From assembly GCA_001599295.1 (NCBI GenBank), contig BCGN01000001.1, positions 496,001-560,000 of the forward strand: a DNA stretch of 64,000 nucleotides, given 5' to 3'. Positions 23,129 through 35,337 of this stretch are shown here, piece by piece; position 1 is the first letter of the stretch; every line of letters begins with the position of its first letter. The notes beneath the pieces were generated by a model that saw nothing but the letters and a program-made list of their open reading frames with translations, had not been told where the DNA came from and did not search any database. This DNA is from Sporopachydermia quercuum. Its lineage: Eukaryota. Made by a program: the position numbers and the translations under genes.

Positions 23129-25963
23129 ATGGCCCTATCTTCTTTAGATTTCAATGGAAATGATACGACAGAAATCAACTTATTACAGTTTATCTTCAGC
23201 AAGCCAACAGTAGTACTGGGCAATGAAAATGAGATATCTGATCTTGACTTCAGTAACTCAGAACTAGATACTGATTTGCAAAATGAGGTAAAACAAATGA
23301 GCTTTTTCCCGGTACCAGAGTATCCCGCGGGAAGTAGAGAAAGTAACAAGGCTTCCTTCTGTATAAAAGTCTTATCAAATCTGCTGCGTGTAATGGTTTG
23401 GTTGAAAGATGAAAATCCATCCAGTCAAGAGAGTGAAGAGAGTACTGTTAGAAATGACCTAAGCAATAGTTATCTGAATATAACGGGCCCTAAGGTTATG
23501 TCAAAAGGATTTTCTTCTAATCTTTCGGACTCAATACTGAAATCAGAACGACTAACGGATACCCTAAGCAAATTGAGTAAAGAGATTGTTGAGTCAGAGG
23601 TTAAGAACTCCTTGATTGACCCTTATCATATGAATAAACGCTTAGAAGTTGTCCAGAGTTGGTTGGAAAGAGAATGCAAGAACTACCTAACTCCACAGGG
23701 CAGAGATTCTATCTTATGTGGGTTCGAACATATAAATACTTTAAGACTAGCATATGTGGCAGTTATTTTGGCGTTGTCAAAGCTCTATAACAAGGGAGTG
23801 TTCGTTTTGAAGCAGGATTTGATGAAATTGAAAAAACTATCCATTAAAGCATATAAGGAAAAGAAATCGTTGATTTTCATACCCTGCCATAAATCACACG
23901 TCGATTACATGGTAGTTCACGTTCTATGTTTTAGATTCAATATATCTCTCCCCTTGGTTGTGGCAGGTAACAATCTAAATGTTCCTATATTTGGTCCAGC
24001 TCTTAAGAATATCGGTGCTCTCTTTATCAAAAGAAAGCATACTTCTAGGATAAAACGTGGAAACAGCTCTAGCATATTGGATAAGGAAGATTATGTATAC
24101 GAAACAGTCTTGAAGTCATATATCTCTACTGTTCTGAAAAAAGGGATAAATTTTGAGGTTTTCATTGAAGGAAGTAGATCACGCAGTGGAAAACTTCTTC
24201 CACCTAAACTAGGAATTTTGAAGATAATTTTGGAGAGCTTTTCATTTGATAAAACAGCGGACGGGAATTATTATATAAACGAGTCAAATNATGCTTATAT
24301 AGTGCCGATTTCGACGCAGTATGATAAAGTACTAGAAACTAATGAATATGTGAGTGAGCTGTTAGGCAGTGAGAAAATATCTGAATCATTCCAATCCATA
24401 TTCTTCAATGGATTGGATATAATGTTTTCTGATAATGGGAATAAAACCTCAAAGAGGATCTCAGACAATTCATATGAATTCAACTTCTCACATGGGTTTG
24501 GTCGAATGGACATTCGGTTAAGTTCTGGTTGGTTGTTAAAAGAATTCTTGCAAGAGGAGATGAAAAAAGCATCACACGATGGAGAAGAAGAGCTGAGAAT
24601 GATAAATCAACCTGAAATCAGTCAAGTAAAGTTTAATAAAGTCTTGAACACTCTAGGATACAAAGTGTTGAATGAGATCAACAAGATTAGCATCATTATG
24701 CCCACAGCCATAGTTGGAACAATCCTCTCGAGTCATTTAAATGAGAACGGTAAAGGAATTGCTAATGGTGGTGGTGGAAGAAACATTCGAGACAATCTTG
24801 AAAAACAAATTGTTGTTGATGGAATGGTCGGAATTGGCCACAAAGAATTGGTGATAAAATGCACTTGGCTTGTTCTCATGATTCTAAGTAACGGAGGAAA
24901 TTTAGGTACATCTATATTAGAACCAGTGCACCAACTGATGCAAGCACTAGGTAAGTTCAATTATAATGAGCTTGAGCTTTCGGATATGGTGAATAGTAAA
25001 TCTTTATATCGCACAATGGAAGAAATGGTGGAAGAATCTGTCGGAGTGTTGGGTCATAATATTATTTATATAATAGGAAAATCCAGGTTGCAACCTTTGG
25101 TTCAAAAGAATGATCATATCAAACCAACACTGGAACCAATTTACTGCGTTGTTGACTCTTTTCAATTAGCATATTATAGAAATATGTTGATACATCTATT
25201 CATCTCGGAGAGTATTGTTTGTGTGGTGCTGCATAGTCTTGTCTCTTGGGTATATGCCACTTCCTCANTGGATGCTCCACCTGAAGCTGTGTTGTCAATT
25301 AATGAAGAAACAATTGAATTGGATTTGAAATTGATTGAAAATCAAGTGAAATCCTTGTCTCAGCTACTTTCTAAAGAGTTCATCTATGATGTTAATGGAA
25401 TAGTTGCTAATCTCCTTCAAACAATTGTAAAACTTTCTAGATATAACATCGTAAAACACGACTTCAGAAGGGGAATTATTGTTGTTGAGAGATCGCTATT
25501 ACAAAGAAATGTCATTGACACCTACTCATATCCTTATTCATCAACAGGAAGTCTAATGAACCTTTTCTCGGGATCTTTAGATATTGAAAACAAACTCCCT
25601 CTTTTATTTTTTTGTTGTTTACTTTGGCCCTTTGTAGATTCTTATTGGGTAGTTCTTTTAGCAATACAACACAGTCTTGGTACAGGTGAAAGACTCACGG
25701 ATAAAGAGTTCTTGTTTGTAGCTCAAACAATTGCACGCACATTATTCCATGAGGGAAAGATTGAATACTACGAAGCATTGAGTCGTGAAACCATGAAAAA
25801 TGCAATTGATGAATATGAAAAAATGGGTGTTTTAGCGAGAAGAGAAGGTACAGTACAGTTGGTAGATTCAAAGGCGGTTGAAAAGCTGCTGCGTGAAGTA
25901 TTTGTTTGGAGAAAAAGAGGTTATGGTAGAGGAGTTAGTTTAGGGCTACCTGGAAAGTTGTAG
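23129..25963 (+). CDS. PlsB-type glycerol-3-phosphate / dihydroxyacetone-phosphate acyltransferase (GPAT/GNPAT family)
   Basis: Acyltransferase motifs PCHKSHVDY (HxxxxD), GALFIKR and FIEGSRSRSGK; first in-frame ATG at 23129; ends PGKL*. Confidence 0.88.
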   Translation: MALSSLDFNGNDTTEINLLQFIFSKPTVVLGNENEISDLDFSNSELDTDLQNEVKQMSFFPVPEYPAGSRESNKASFCIKVLSNLLRVMVWLKDENPSSQESEESTVRNDLSNSYLNITGPKVMSKGFSSNLSDSILKSERLTDTLSKLSKEIVESEVKNSLIDPYHMNKRLEVVQSWLERECKNYLTPQGRDSILCGFEHINTLRLAYVAVILALSKLYNKGVFVLKQDLMKLKKLSIKAYKEKKSLIFIPCHKSHVDYMVVHVLCFRFNISLPLVVAGNNLNVPIFGPALKNIGALFIKRKHTSRIKRGNSSSILDKEDYVYETVLKSYISTVLKKGINFEVFIEGSRSRSGKLLPPKLGILKIILESFSFDKTADGNYYINESNXAYIVPISTQYDKVLETNEYVSELLGSEKISESFQSIFFNGLDIMFSDNGNKTSKRISDNSYEFNFSHGFGRMDIRLSSGWLLKEFLQEEMKKASHDGEEELRMINQPEISQVKFNKVLNTLGYKVLNEINKISIIMPTAIVGTILSSHLNENGKGIANGGGGRNIRDNLEKQIVVDGMVGIGHKELVIKCTWLVLMILSNGGNLGTSILEPVHQLMQALGKFNYNELELSDMVNSKSLYRTMEEMVEESVGVLGHNIIYIIGKSRLQPLVQKNDHIKPTLEPIYCVVDSFQLAYYRNMLIHLFISESIVCVVLHSLVSWVYATSSXDAPPEAVLSINEETIELDLKLIENQVKSLSQLLSKEFIYDVNGIVANLLQTIVKLSRYNIVKHDFRRGIIVVERSLLQRNVIDTYSYPYSSTGSLMNLFSGSLDIENKLPLLFFCCLLWPFVDSYWVVLLAIQHSLGTGERLTDKEFLFVAQTIARTLFHEGKIEYYEALSRETMKNAIDEYEKMGVLARREGTVQLVDSKAVEKLLREVFVWRKRGYGRGVSLGLPGKL

Positions 25964-26342
25964 CTTTGTAGCTTTTTGTTATTACTACGTAATAAAGAGA
26001 ACAGTAGTTGCAAAAAGGTATTGGTTATAGTTATATGCTATAATGGTAATCTACTACTGAAGCAGTAGTAATTGAAATTATGCATCTGTGTGTGTGTCGT
26101 CAATGTAAGAAGAAGAACGGTAATTCCCTTACTACAAGTTCTGATTTCTCGTTGGTTTCGATTTCCATCTTACATTTCAATTAACTTGCCATTTTTCCTC
26201 GATTNTTCCATTTTCTAATACTTTAAATCAAAAAGTAAAGTGTGCCACCCCTGATTTCGTTTTACAACATTTTGTAGTAATGACTCGCTTTTTGATGTTA
26301 CACAATGGGCCTTCTGTATGGAGCTATATAGAATGTGTCTCA

Positions 26343-26368
26343 ATATCAGGAAGCGATATCAGGAAGCG
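26343..26368. repeat. 13-bp tandem duplication
   Basis: ATATCAGGAAGCG twice. Confidence 0.85.
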
Positions 26369-27380
26369 AATACGGAAAAGTCGTTACCAATTCCAGTTCA
26401 TCCACCGTATCTGAACATGTGGTGGCAAATTACTATGTAGAACATTCGAAAGACGGGATATATCATCTTAAACTTCTTTTCTATTAGAATATTCTATTTA
26501 ATATGCTCTATAAAAGGGAATTCTAAAGGATGCGCAATTGAACTCCAACTCAATTGATTATAGAAAATTTGCCATTGTAAATTCTATCTAACTATACTTG
26601 TAAATATCTATGTTACGAATTTAAAAACCGCAACTGACAATTTTATAGTTATAACGAGATTTACTAGGTCATCTCAAAACATTGTTATTTGTGAATTATC
26701 TTATAGCATGTATGCTTAGATGGTTATACACTTTGAAGACCATTCCTTTCAAGCTCAAATGTCTTCATGCTGGTACATGATGATTAGAAAAGAATAATAA
26801 TTTGGCCAGTTTGAAATGAAAGGTAGGTAACTAATGAAATAATGAAATATTGAGGTGCATGCAACCTTCTAATAAGAGTTACGCTGAGTCCAGGTATATT
26901 CCACGTTAAGAACCTGTATCTTCTTTGCATACCTCTCTCCTGACCAGATCATTACACACCTCGTTGCATAGCTTCTCTTTAACATAGTACTCAGCCTCGG
27001 AGCTTAGTTCTACATAGTGTTCGAGGGTGGGACTGTAACATAATGTAATATAACGTATAGAATGATAATAACTATGTAATTTGAATATTGCCTTGGAAAT
27101 TCTTGAAAAAGTACCTAGAAGGTATTTAAAATAGTAACAATAACAATTAAATTAATATAGAAGTATATTTTTTACCAGTTTGATAAACACATATAGATAT
27201 TATTATCTTTCTTCTCTTGGAGCTAACTTTAGAACTCTCCAAAGTGTATCAGATCACGAGACTGGAAGCACTTCGCATAGGTAATTTTCTTTCGCTCCAA
27301 CAAGGTACATCTATCTCATCAAGGTACAGAACAACAATAATACAAAACCATATTGTGGAAACTGTCTATTATTAGTGTTG

Positions 27381-27411
27381 GTAGATGGACTGTTTCGTAG
27401 ATGGACTGTTT
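27381..27411. repeat. Tandem duplication at 16-bp period
   Basis: GTAGATGGACTGTTT at 27381 and 27397. Confidence 0.85.
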
Positions 27412-28121
27412 ATCTCAATGATTCTTATATATTTATTACGCCAATTCCAACAAATTATCAAATTCATCATTTTCTTTCAACCTGTCATAATCTTTGAATA
27501 TTCTAGGAGCATTTTGCTGCTTATGTAAACTGACCTCATTGTGAAACCTCATTCTGAAAGGCANTTATTGTACCTGATATCTTAGTAATAACGTCTCTCT
27601 ACTTATGCCTAATCAACAGTCATCCTTGATTCTGATTATTCATTCACTATTCTTCTCACAAGTTCTATGTCTAGTACATGTAGTTTGAATACCAGACTCA
27701 TCGGAGATAACGACATACAAAATCCGAATTTGGTGCAAATGTTCGGTATAAGTATATTGTACGTAATATGGAAGGATTAGAATATTTANCATTAGAAATC
27801 AACAATTGAGCTTACCGAGATGGATCACTCAGATCATTGAGATATTACTGACAGTCTACTGAAATGAATCACATNTCGATTATATAGAGGTTTTCATCAA
27901 AATTGATTGATGTATTACGTGATTTCATATATTCATAACTGAAAATTAACATCATAATGATGAGAGTCGTTAAAAAAAAAAAAATGAAAAAAATAGTGAT
28001 ATAATTCTGTACCCAGCCCAAAAAAAAAAGGAATCTATATTCGTTACTCATAATGGATTTGTACCTGATATCATTCATAACCAGATGAATAGCGAAGCAC
28101 AATGCGTTGATGAAGTGGAAA

Positions 28122-28754
28122 TTAAGCCACTATTGAAATAGGATTACTATCAACATTTTCCGTCACTTTTGCAGTCTCCGGTTCTTCTTTCAAACTGATA
28201 GTGCTTCTGGACAAACTGATATTGGTTTCAATCTTTGGTTCTTCTTCTTCTTCCTCCTCCTCTTCAGAGGAGGATGATGAGTAAGATAGGCCTGGAATTG
28301 TTTGTGTTTTTGACAAATCCAAACCATCATTTTCCTCAAGATCTAATGTTGGCATAAGTCTATAAGAATTTCGAACCGACTCTATATCATTGTTGGTGTT
28401 TCTTGAACTGATAATGAAGTCTTCATCAAAATCGTAATCTGAATCTGATTCGAAATCTGAATCTGAGTCGTAGAGATATTCTTCTTCTTCGTATTCTGAA
28501 TCATAACTGATCGTAGTTTCAGGAACAGTTTCGAGTGTTCTATTTGGTAAAGAAAAGGAAACTTTTCTCGGTATGGTTTCATTCATTGATTCTCTTAATT
28601 GTGGTTTATTGCTTGTACTAATGTGATCCATTAAATAGTCCAGCATATTTGCGTGTGATACCAACTTCCGTAGATCATGATCTGGCTTGGATGCTTCTCT
28701 TGTCAGCTTGGTCTTGGCCTTAGAAGCCAGAATNTAGGCCTCAGTTATCGACAT
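28122..28754 (-). CDS. Ecm13/YJR115W-like protein
   Basis: N-terminal motif LASKAKTKLTREASKPDHDLRKLVSHANMLD followed by an acidic low-complexity tail. Confidence 0.75.
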   Translation of the reverse strand: MSITEAXILASKAKTKLTREASKPDHDLRKLVSHANMLDYLMDHISTSNKPQLRESMNETIPRKVSFSLPNRTLETVPETTISYDSEYEEEEYLYDSDSDFESDSDYDFDEDFIISSRNTNNDIESVRNSYRLMPTLDLEENDGLDLSKTQTIPGLSYSSSSSEEEEEEEEEPKIETNISLSRSTISLKEEPETAKVTENVDSNPISIVA

Positions 28755-31700
28755 TATAGTAGTAAATGGATTGATGGTAAGTGCGTATGTATGTATAGTG
28801 TACGCGTTGCTTTGCCCCTTGATGTGTCAGGGTATTGAGATTCTATTCAACTGAGTTAGTTTTGTTTTGCTTACTGATGAATGCTTATTCTTAAAATATC
28901 TGCCTCCTTTTATATTTTTATCACATCGGTAATTGATATCATTATCAAACAGGAAAGTCCCTTATATATATATTATCTTGTAAGTGGAACTTCTTCCAAA
29001 ATGAATCATTCAAAACCGTTAAATGCGTTATGTATACTGTTAGCTCTTGGTATAAGTATCCACATTAGTAATATATGAACCTTAATTAACCACAAAGGTG
29101 CGTTAAAACCTTATTAGATGCGTGTGGCGTTAAGTCCTCTTCCTCCTTGCTTCATCAGACGAAACGAGCGAGTAAGTCTGGAGACAGACCATCTTGAACT
29201 ACAAAGCGAATACTAATTAATTAAATGACATAGGGACTTTTCGCTTGGGTGTATTATGATCAGCAATGATTTCATACCACTTACCAAAGTCTCCGTAGTC
29301 AAGTAGCGAGTTATCAGAATATTCCTGAAACTATATTCACAGTTAAGGTAGTTGTTACTTACCTCAGTTAATTAATAGTGAGACAGGCCGGTATATTATG
29401 CCGTCCTTCATCGGGTATACTTCTATTGCTCTTATAATCAATCATAAACAATGATAAAAATAAAGATATAAAGTTCAATTTAATCTAATTTAATGCTTGA
29501 AAATTATGGTTGGTTGTTGTAATCAATTTTCCAACATTTCTTTAACGTTCCTGGTTAGTTCGTAAAATGACAGTTTGATTATAAATCCAATTCCGCCCCA
29601 ACTACGCAAAGCATTACGTTACGATAATATTAAAACATAACGTAATATAACACAAAAAAATATAATATAATGTAGTATAACAACCGTATCTCACTGCGTG
29701 GTAGCCAATCTAACCGTTGGTGTTAATAAACTGTATGAGTCACCAGTGACATACCTAGGCTCCCACAACGGCTATTTGCTGTAGTAGATAGTCGCAACAG
29801 GATTAATCAGTGTGGCTAGGAACTTAAATTCATACCGGAATAGGGCATTTGCCGAGAATAGCCGTTTGCAGGTTTTCCCTCTGAAAAATTAGTAATGTGG
29901 CTTACTCATAATAAATGGTTGATTGTCTAGTTAGTAAACATTCATATGATTGAACCTCAATATGAACAACTTGAAAATGTGAGGTATACATACCATAGTA
30001 CTCTGAAAAAAGTAGATAAATTCATCTCATTGACTTCAATCAAAGGACGGGAAAGTAACCATTACCCTTCAATCAGCAATACTCAATGATTATAATTTTT
30101 TAAGTACAACAACAGACTGATCATATCCGCAAGATCATCTCGTAGATAATCTCTAAGTACTTTTTCGGCTCATTGTTTATTGATAAACAGCTCTAGTTAA
30201 CAAATCATTTTTAGCTGACAAATAAAGTTTCTGTGATTCTTCTATTGACCTTTAAACATCCATATTAGGTAACTACGTACTAAAAGTTTTTCAAAAACGC
30301 TACCGAAAGAGTTCGTTCCCGTAAAGTTTATTAATTGTTGGCATTAGAAGTTACCATATACGGGCTTCGACGTTCTGAGATATTGGTCTACAAATGATTG
30401 GGAATAGTTCCCTTCTAACTTCTAATGTGTTCTGATAGGTAAGACAGGCTATAATTAACTATCGTTGGTTAGCGTAGAAAGTTTAGTGAAAGAATTAATT
30501 CAGGGAGGCTTGAGATAGCTTTTGAATATTTATTTTTAAAGTATCTGCAAAGGGATAGAAAAGGTGTATTTGCATCTTTGNTATCTCATATCGAAAGTCT
30601 TTTTACTTCTGTACCAAGTGACCATCATATTTTCCAAGTTTTCTCATTCACTACAACATCAATTCGTTTATTTAAAAGTGGAAAGTCCCAATATTCTAAC
30701 TAGTTTTTTATTCCTGTTCAAATATTATACCTATATGTCCTGTTGTGTAGGTTATACAGTTTAACAATCATTTGATCTATAACCGTTGAATTACCTATTT
30801 TGTAACTAGAATGAAAACTATAAGGAGAACTTCCCACTGATTTGAATCAATTGACTTGCTGAGGTAATCTAATGATGAAGAAATCTGGATTTACTGGGAT
30901 ATATTAGGAAATCTCTTGTATCCTGTTTTGATTATTCGGCCAACGATTTGTCTCATTTAGTCAGCTAATTGCTTCAACTGTAAATCAAAACTTCAGCCAA
31001 TGATACGATACTTCTACTAGACTTGGAGTCCTATGTACACCAACCAGTGCTATGAGTCAATTGATTTCAAATGATGTGTATATGGTTCAGCTCTCGGCAA
31101 TGGACTAAACATTAAAGTGCTCAATATCTCCAGTTCTGAAAGTCGGCATGAAAAACCTAATAGACAGATTTGATTCCATTCCAATATTAATGAAGTTACA
31201 CACTATTAATGTATGATGATCATGTTGATATGCTGAGGGTGAGGGTAACGTGTTGTTGTTTTCCTATTCCCTTAGTAATTGATAATTTGATCTTCTTTTG
31301 TAAATCGGCTGGTTTTACCTATTTCAACATCTTTAACGATTGTTAATACTATTTGCACAATTTATCTGTTATTGATATGCATCATCTCAATCTGCCTATC
31401 CTTGCGTAGATTTATGTAGCTCATTATCACGTGCCACACCGCGGCAGAGAAATCCTATCTCCGCCCTCCAGAATACTCTCTCCATGCAAATTTCTTACAG
31501 AATTCTGCATAGATAATATTTGAACAAGACAAAAATCCTGAAATGCTTATTGACCAATTTAACAAATCTGATATACTGTTAATAAAATCCTTCTCACTGA
31601 AAGCGCAGGGATTATCATTTATGGGGGAGCATCGATTTCCACTTACTTCCATTTTTTTCACTCATCCCGGCAATCTTTCAAAGGGTCACTGGTGATTTTA

Positions 31701-32184
31701 CTTCAAATTACCCCTTGTCGATAAGAAATCACTTCATATCTCCTTTCAGAGACTATTAGAAATTGCATAGAAAGTCCATTATTTTGAATGAAGGCCTCGA
31801 GTTTCACTTTAGTGTAAAGCTAGCAAGCATTCATTGTCAGCTGTTTATTGACGAAAAAGTATTGTAAAAAGAATTATAATAAGCATTCGTTATATGAAAC
31901 TCATAATCGGTTTTGTAGTATTTATTACAATTGATTCTTTGAATGGCAGGAAGAAGTGTAAGATTATTTGGTAGCATACAGTTAGTTGGGTTTATTAGTG
32001 TCGATTGACCAAGAAACCTATCAACCAACTAATCAGTCAAATAGTCTTTTCAGTTGAGAATGAATTAATGCATGATTACATTGAAATAGTAGTTTTCACA
32101 TACAGAAGGTTATCTTCTGGGTTGATAAAGTTTTGAGGGAAGCAATTGAGTATTTCTTGCAAATAACGAAGCTGATGAAGTATC

Positions 32185-35100
32185 ATGGATAGAATATCAA
32201 GACGTCGTCTTTCCTACGTTCTTGACTCCACAACGGAGAGCAATGGACATTGTCTTGGAGTCAATGCATTACAAATAGCCAAAAATAGACCAAATGTTTT
32301 ATATTCTGGTGGTAGAGATGGAACTGTTGTAACTTGGGATATTGCACACAAGGATAGTCCTGTGTTGTATCCGTTATCGGAAGCAGGAGATGATGAGTTT
32401 GAAAATGATCCTTATGTTCCCTTAGTTGCTAAGGAGAAAAAACTTACTGGCAAGATTTCCAGTATGTTNGAGAAAGTCAAGAAAGCAAATGAGAAGAATT
32501 CGTCTGCTGAATCGACAAAGCCCCGAAATGCAACTAAACATGTATCACATATACAGCTACATAGTAACTGGATCAATGACATGGTTATAACCAAAAATGA
32601 TGAGACATTAATAACATGTTCAAGTGATTTAACAATTAAATCTTGGAATCCAGAAACAAATGAAATCTCCAGAGTTGGCTCGCATTTAGATTATGTGAAA
32701 TGTCTTGCATACAATCCTAGCAATTCAACAATAGTTTCTGGAGGTCTTGATCATCAAATAATCACTTGGGACCTTGCTTCATCTAAAGGAAAAGTATCAC
32801 AACTTGATAATGGGGATAAAGGAAACAATCCACATGGTTCAATTTATACATTAGCTACATCTCCAGAATCTCATTTGATTGCATCTGGTGGACCTGAATC
32901 AATTATTAAATTGTGGGATTCTCGTTCTCGATCATCTAGTGGCAATTCAATAACCAAACTCATAGGACACACTGATACTATTAGATCATTAATCTTTTCC
33001 CAAGATGCCTCATTATTATTATCTTGCTCATCTGATTGTACTATAAAGCTATGGTCGACTAGTGCTATGAAATTATTGTCAACGTTTGATGTTCATACTG
33101 CCCCTGTATGGTCTCTTTACGCTTCAGACCCAAACCTTGAAGTATTTTATTCGTCTGATAGGGATGGATGTGTGTTTAAAACTGATTTGAGGGCTTTAGA
33201 CAATCATACTGATTATCCAGGCGAATCAACTTTTCTTTTCCAGGAAACAAACTCCGTCCAACGTATACTTCCTACAGAGAATGGGATTTGGACGGCTACC
33301 ACTTCCGAATCATGTATTCATAGATGGAACGATATCGATGTATCATACGTCACTGAAGCTCGGCTTGTTAGAGCAAAACTGGCTGAAGAATGTTTTGATG
33401 AAACATCAAGAAGTCAGCTGAGTTCCAGACCAAGTTCAATATATGATGGTCCATCAATTATTGGTGCATTATTAGGAACTACTGATACAACCTCCTTAAC
33501 ACCTGCACCTACAGTGTTAACCGTACCTATTGATACAGAATCTGATAACAGTGAAGTTGATGAAGATGCAGTTGAAGATTCTGATGATAATGCTACTGAT
33601 GCTGCTGTTGTTACTATTAGAACTAGTTCAGAAGGTAAATTTTCTGATCTNATAACCAATTATGTTACGGTCGCTGGCGAATTATTAGCTCCTATCATTG
33701 AACCAACTGGCCCTATTTCTGGTGAAGCAAACTTGACGTTAGCTCCAATTTTCTCGACACCAATTGAAACATTGGAAGGAAGCTCGGGAGCTATCAAACA
33801 CAGATTACTAGATAATAGGCAACACGTGTTAACTCTTCATACAGATGGCGAAGTTAAACTATTCGATATTGTTAAATGTAAGCTAATACGCAGTCTGGGC
33901 AAAGTCGATATTGATCAAGCGGCAGAGGAATTGTCTGGTAATGAAAGTGTGATCACATGGTGTTCTGTTTCTACAAGAGCAGGAAGCTTAGTTATAACTT
34001 TGGATTCATCTTCTTGTTTTGATGCTGAAATATATCTCGATGAGGTTGTCAAAGGAGCTCCCGATGATCAAAGGTTGAATCTAGGTAAATGGGTTATAAG
34101 AAATCTGCTGAGTAAGGTGTTGGAGGCTGAAATTGAGAGAGATAGGAAATATAGAGAAGCTAAAGTTAAGCCTTCTTTAATTCAGAGGCTATCTTCATCA
34201 CATACACTGGATGAAATATCAAATGTGGGTAAGAAAGAAGTAAAGAAACAAACTGATGATAATACAGGAACTAATGGTTCAGTATCTGGTAGTGGCAATG
34301 GAAACGGCAGCGGCAATTATAATAATGCCAATAACAGCCCTATTATCAATACCAGCACTGGCAGTGAAATTAACCTTACAAGAGGGAAATCAAAATTTAG
34401 ATTTTTAAGTAGATCTAAGTCTACTGTCAAAAACAATAAATCAGATGAAACAAGAACAGCATTACCAACATTGGGATCTTTCTCGACTAATACTCGAGCA
34501 ACTTCTACAAACCCTTCTACATCTAGTGAATCATCAGGAGGCTCTGGATCTCATGCTTCCATTGTCAGTCAAAGTAAACATCAAAGTGTCAGTAGTAATG
34601 GAAGTCAGACACATCATATTCATCATCATCAACACCATCATCATACATATTCTTCTTCATCAATTCTCCCAAAAGATATGGAATCATCATTTTATACTGT
34701 TATTCATAGATTACAGCAACAGTATGATAATATAAATCCTTCATCTACTGCTCAGCCATCTATGCTCAAATTGATCTCAGCTGAGTTTTCTCCCACCGTT
34801 TATATTCCACCAGAAATACGGATCCTTGTGGAAGAAGTAAGGCCTGATGCTGCATGTGCTACGGATGTGTTATCTCTTTCATTTGAAGAAACGGGGTACT
34901 CTGAGAATGTCGATAAACTAGAAAGGTTTTTGCCTAAATGGATAGGAGAAGTTTTGTTAATGGACAGAATACCCTTGAAAGAACAACCTAAGTTGAATTT
35001 CCTTATTCAAGAATGGAAACCTTCAAACTATGATAAAGAAAAGAACAGCAATAGCAGCGGAAGAGAACCGTTGCCTACTATTGCAGGAGCACCTATCAGA

Positions 35101-35337
35101 TTGAATTCTCATAGAATGTTGAGAATTATCAAAGTTCTGCAATACATTGTAGAGAAGTTTGATAAACCCACCCAAGAAATGAAAGATGGATTAAAACCCG
35201 AAGAATGGCTAGAAGTACTATGTCAAGGAAAGGTAGTTCCCTTGCACGCCACTTTGTATTATACAAGAACGCGTTTATGGAAAACAGGTGGTGATCTTGT
35301 ATTATGTTACAGAAGAAAGCAAATACAAGGCAGATAA
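32185..35337 (+). CDS. DUF1: WD40 DUB-associated factor (WDR48/UAF1 family)
   Basis: 1050 aa; RRRLSYVL N-terminus, WD40 repeats (LYSGGRDG, HSNWINDM, HLDYVKCL), RLNLGKWVIRNL and C-terminal LWKTGGDLVLCYRRK. Confidence 0.9.
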   Translation: MDRISRRRLSYVLDSTTESNGHCLGVNALQIAKNRPNVLYSGGRDGTVVTWDIAHKDSPVLYPLSEAGDDEFENDPYVPLVAKEKKLTGKISSMXEKVKKANEKNSSAESTKPRNATKHVSHIQLHSNWINDMVITKNDETLITCSSDLTIKSWNPETNEISRVGSHLDYVKCLAYNPSNSTIVSGGLDHQIITWDLASSKGKVSQLDNGDKGNNPHGSIYTLATSPESHLIASGGPESIIKLWDSRSRSSSGNSITKLIGHTDTIRSLIFSQDASLLLSCSSDCTIKLWSTSAMKLLSTFDVHTAPVWSLYASDPNLEVFYSSDRDGCVFKTDLRALDNHTDYPGESTFLFQETNSVQRILPTENGIWTATTSESCIHRWNDIDVSYVTEARLVRAKLAEECFDETSRSQLSSRPSSIYDGPSIIGALLGTTDTTSLTPAPTVLTVPIDTESDNSEVDEDAVEDSDDNATDAAVVTIRTSSEGKFSDXITNYVTVAGELLAPIIEPTGPISGEANLTLAPIFSTPIETLEGSSGAIKHRLLDNRQHVLTLHTDGEVKLFDIVKCKLIRSLGKVDIDQAAEELSGNESVITWCSVSTRAGSLVITLDSSSCFDAEIYLDEVVKGAPDDQRLNLGKWVIRNLLSKVLEAEIERDRKYREAKVKPSLIQRLSSSHTLDEISNVGKKEVKKQTDDNTGTNGSVSGSGNGNGSGNYNNANNSPIINTSTGSEINLTRGKSKFRFLSRSKSTVKNNKSDETRTALPTLGSFSTNTRATSTNPSTSSESSGGSGSHASIVSQSKHQSVSSNGSQTHHIHHHQHHHHTYSSSSILPKDMESSFYTVIHRLQQQYDNINPSSTAQPSMLKLISAEFSPTVYIPPEIRILVEEVRPDAACATDVLSLSFEETGYSENVDKLERFLPKWIGEVLLMDRIPLKEQPKLNFLIQEWKPSNYDKEKNSNSSGREPLPTIAGAPIRLNSHRMLRIIKVLQYIVEKFDKPTQEMKDGLKPEEWLEVLCQGKVVPLHATLYYTRTRLWKTGGDLVLCYRRKQIQGR

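Noticed and set aside
29800..32100. Possible centromere, LTR or gene relic in the long intergenic region
   Set aside because: I saw no long repeats, TG...CA termini or CDEII-like AT core, and no family motif in the frames I translated; cannot be excluded without a search.
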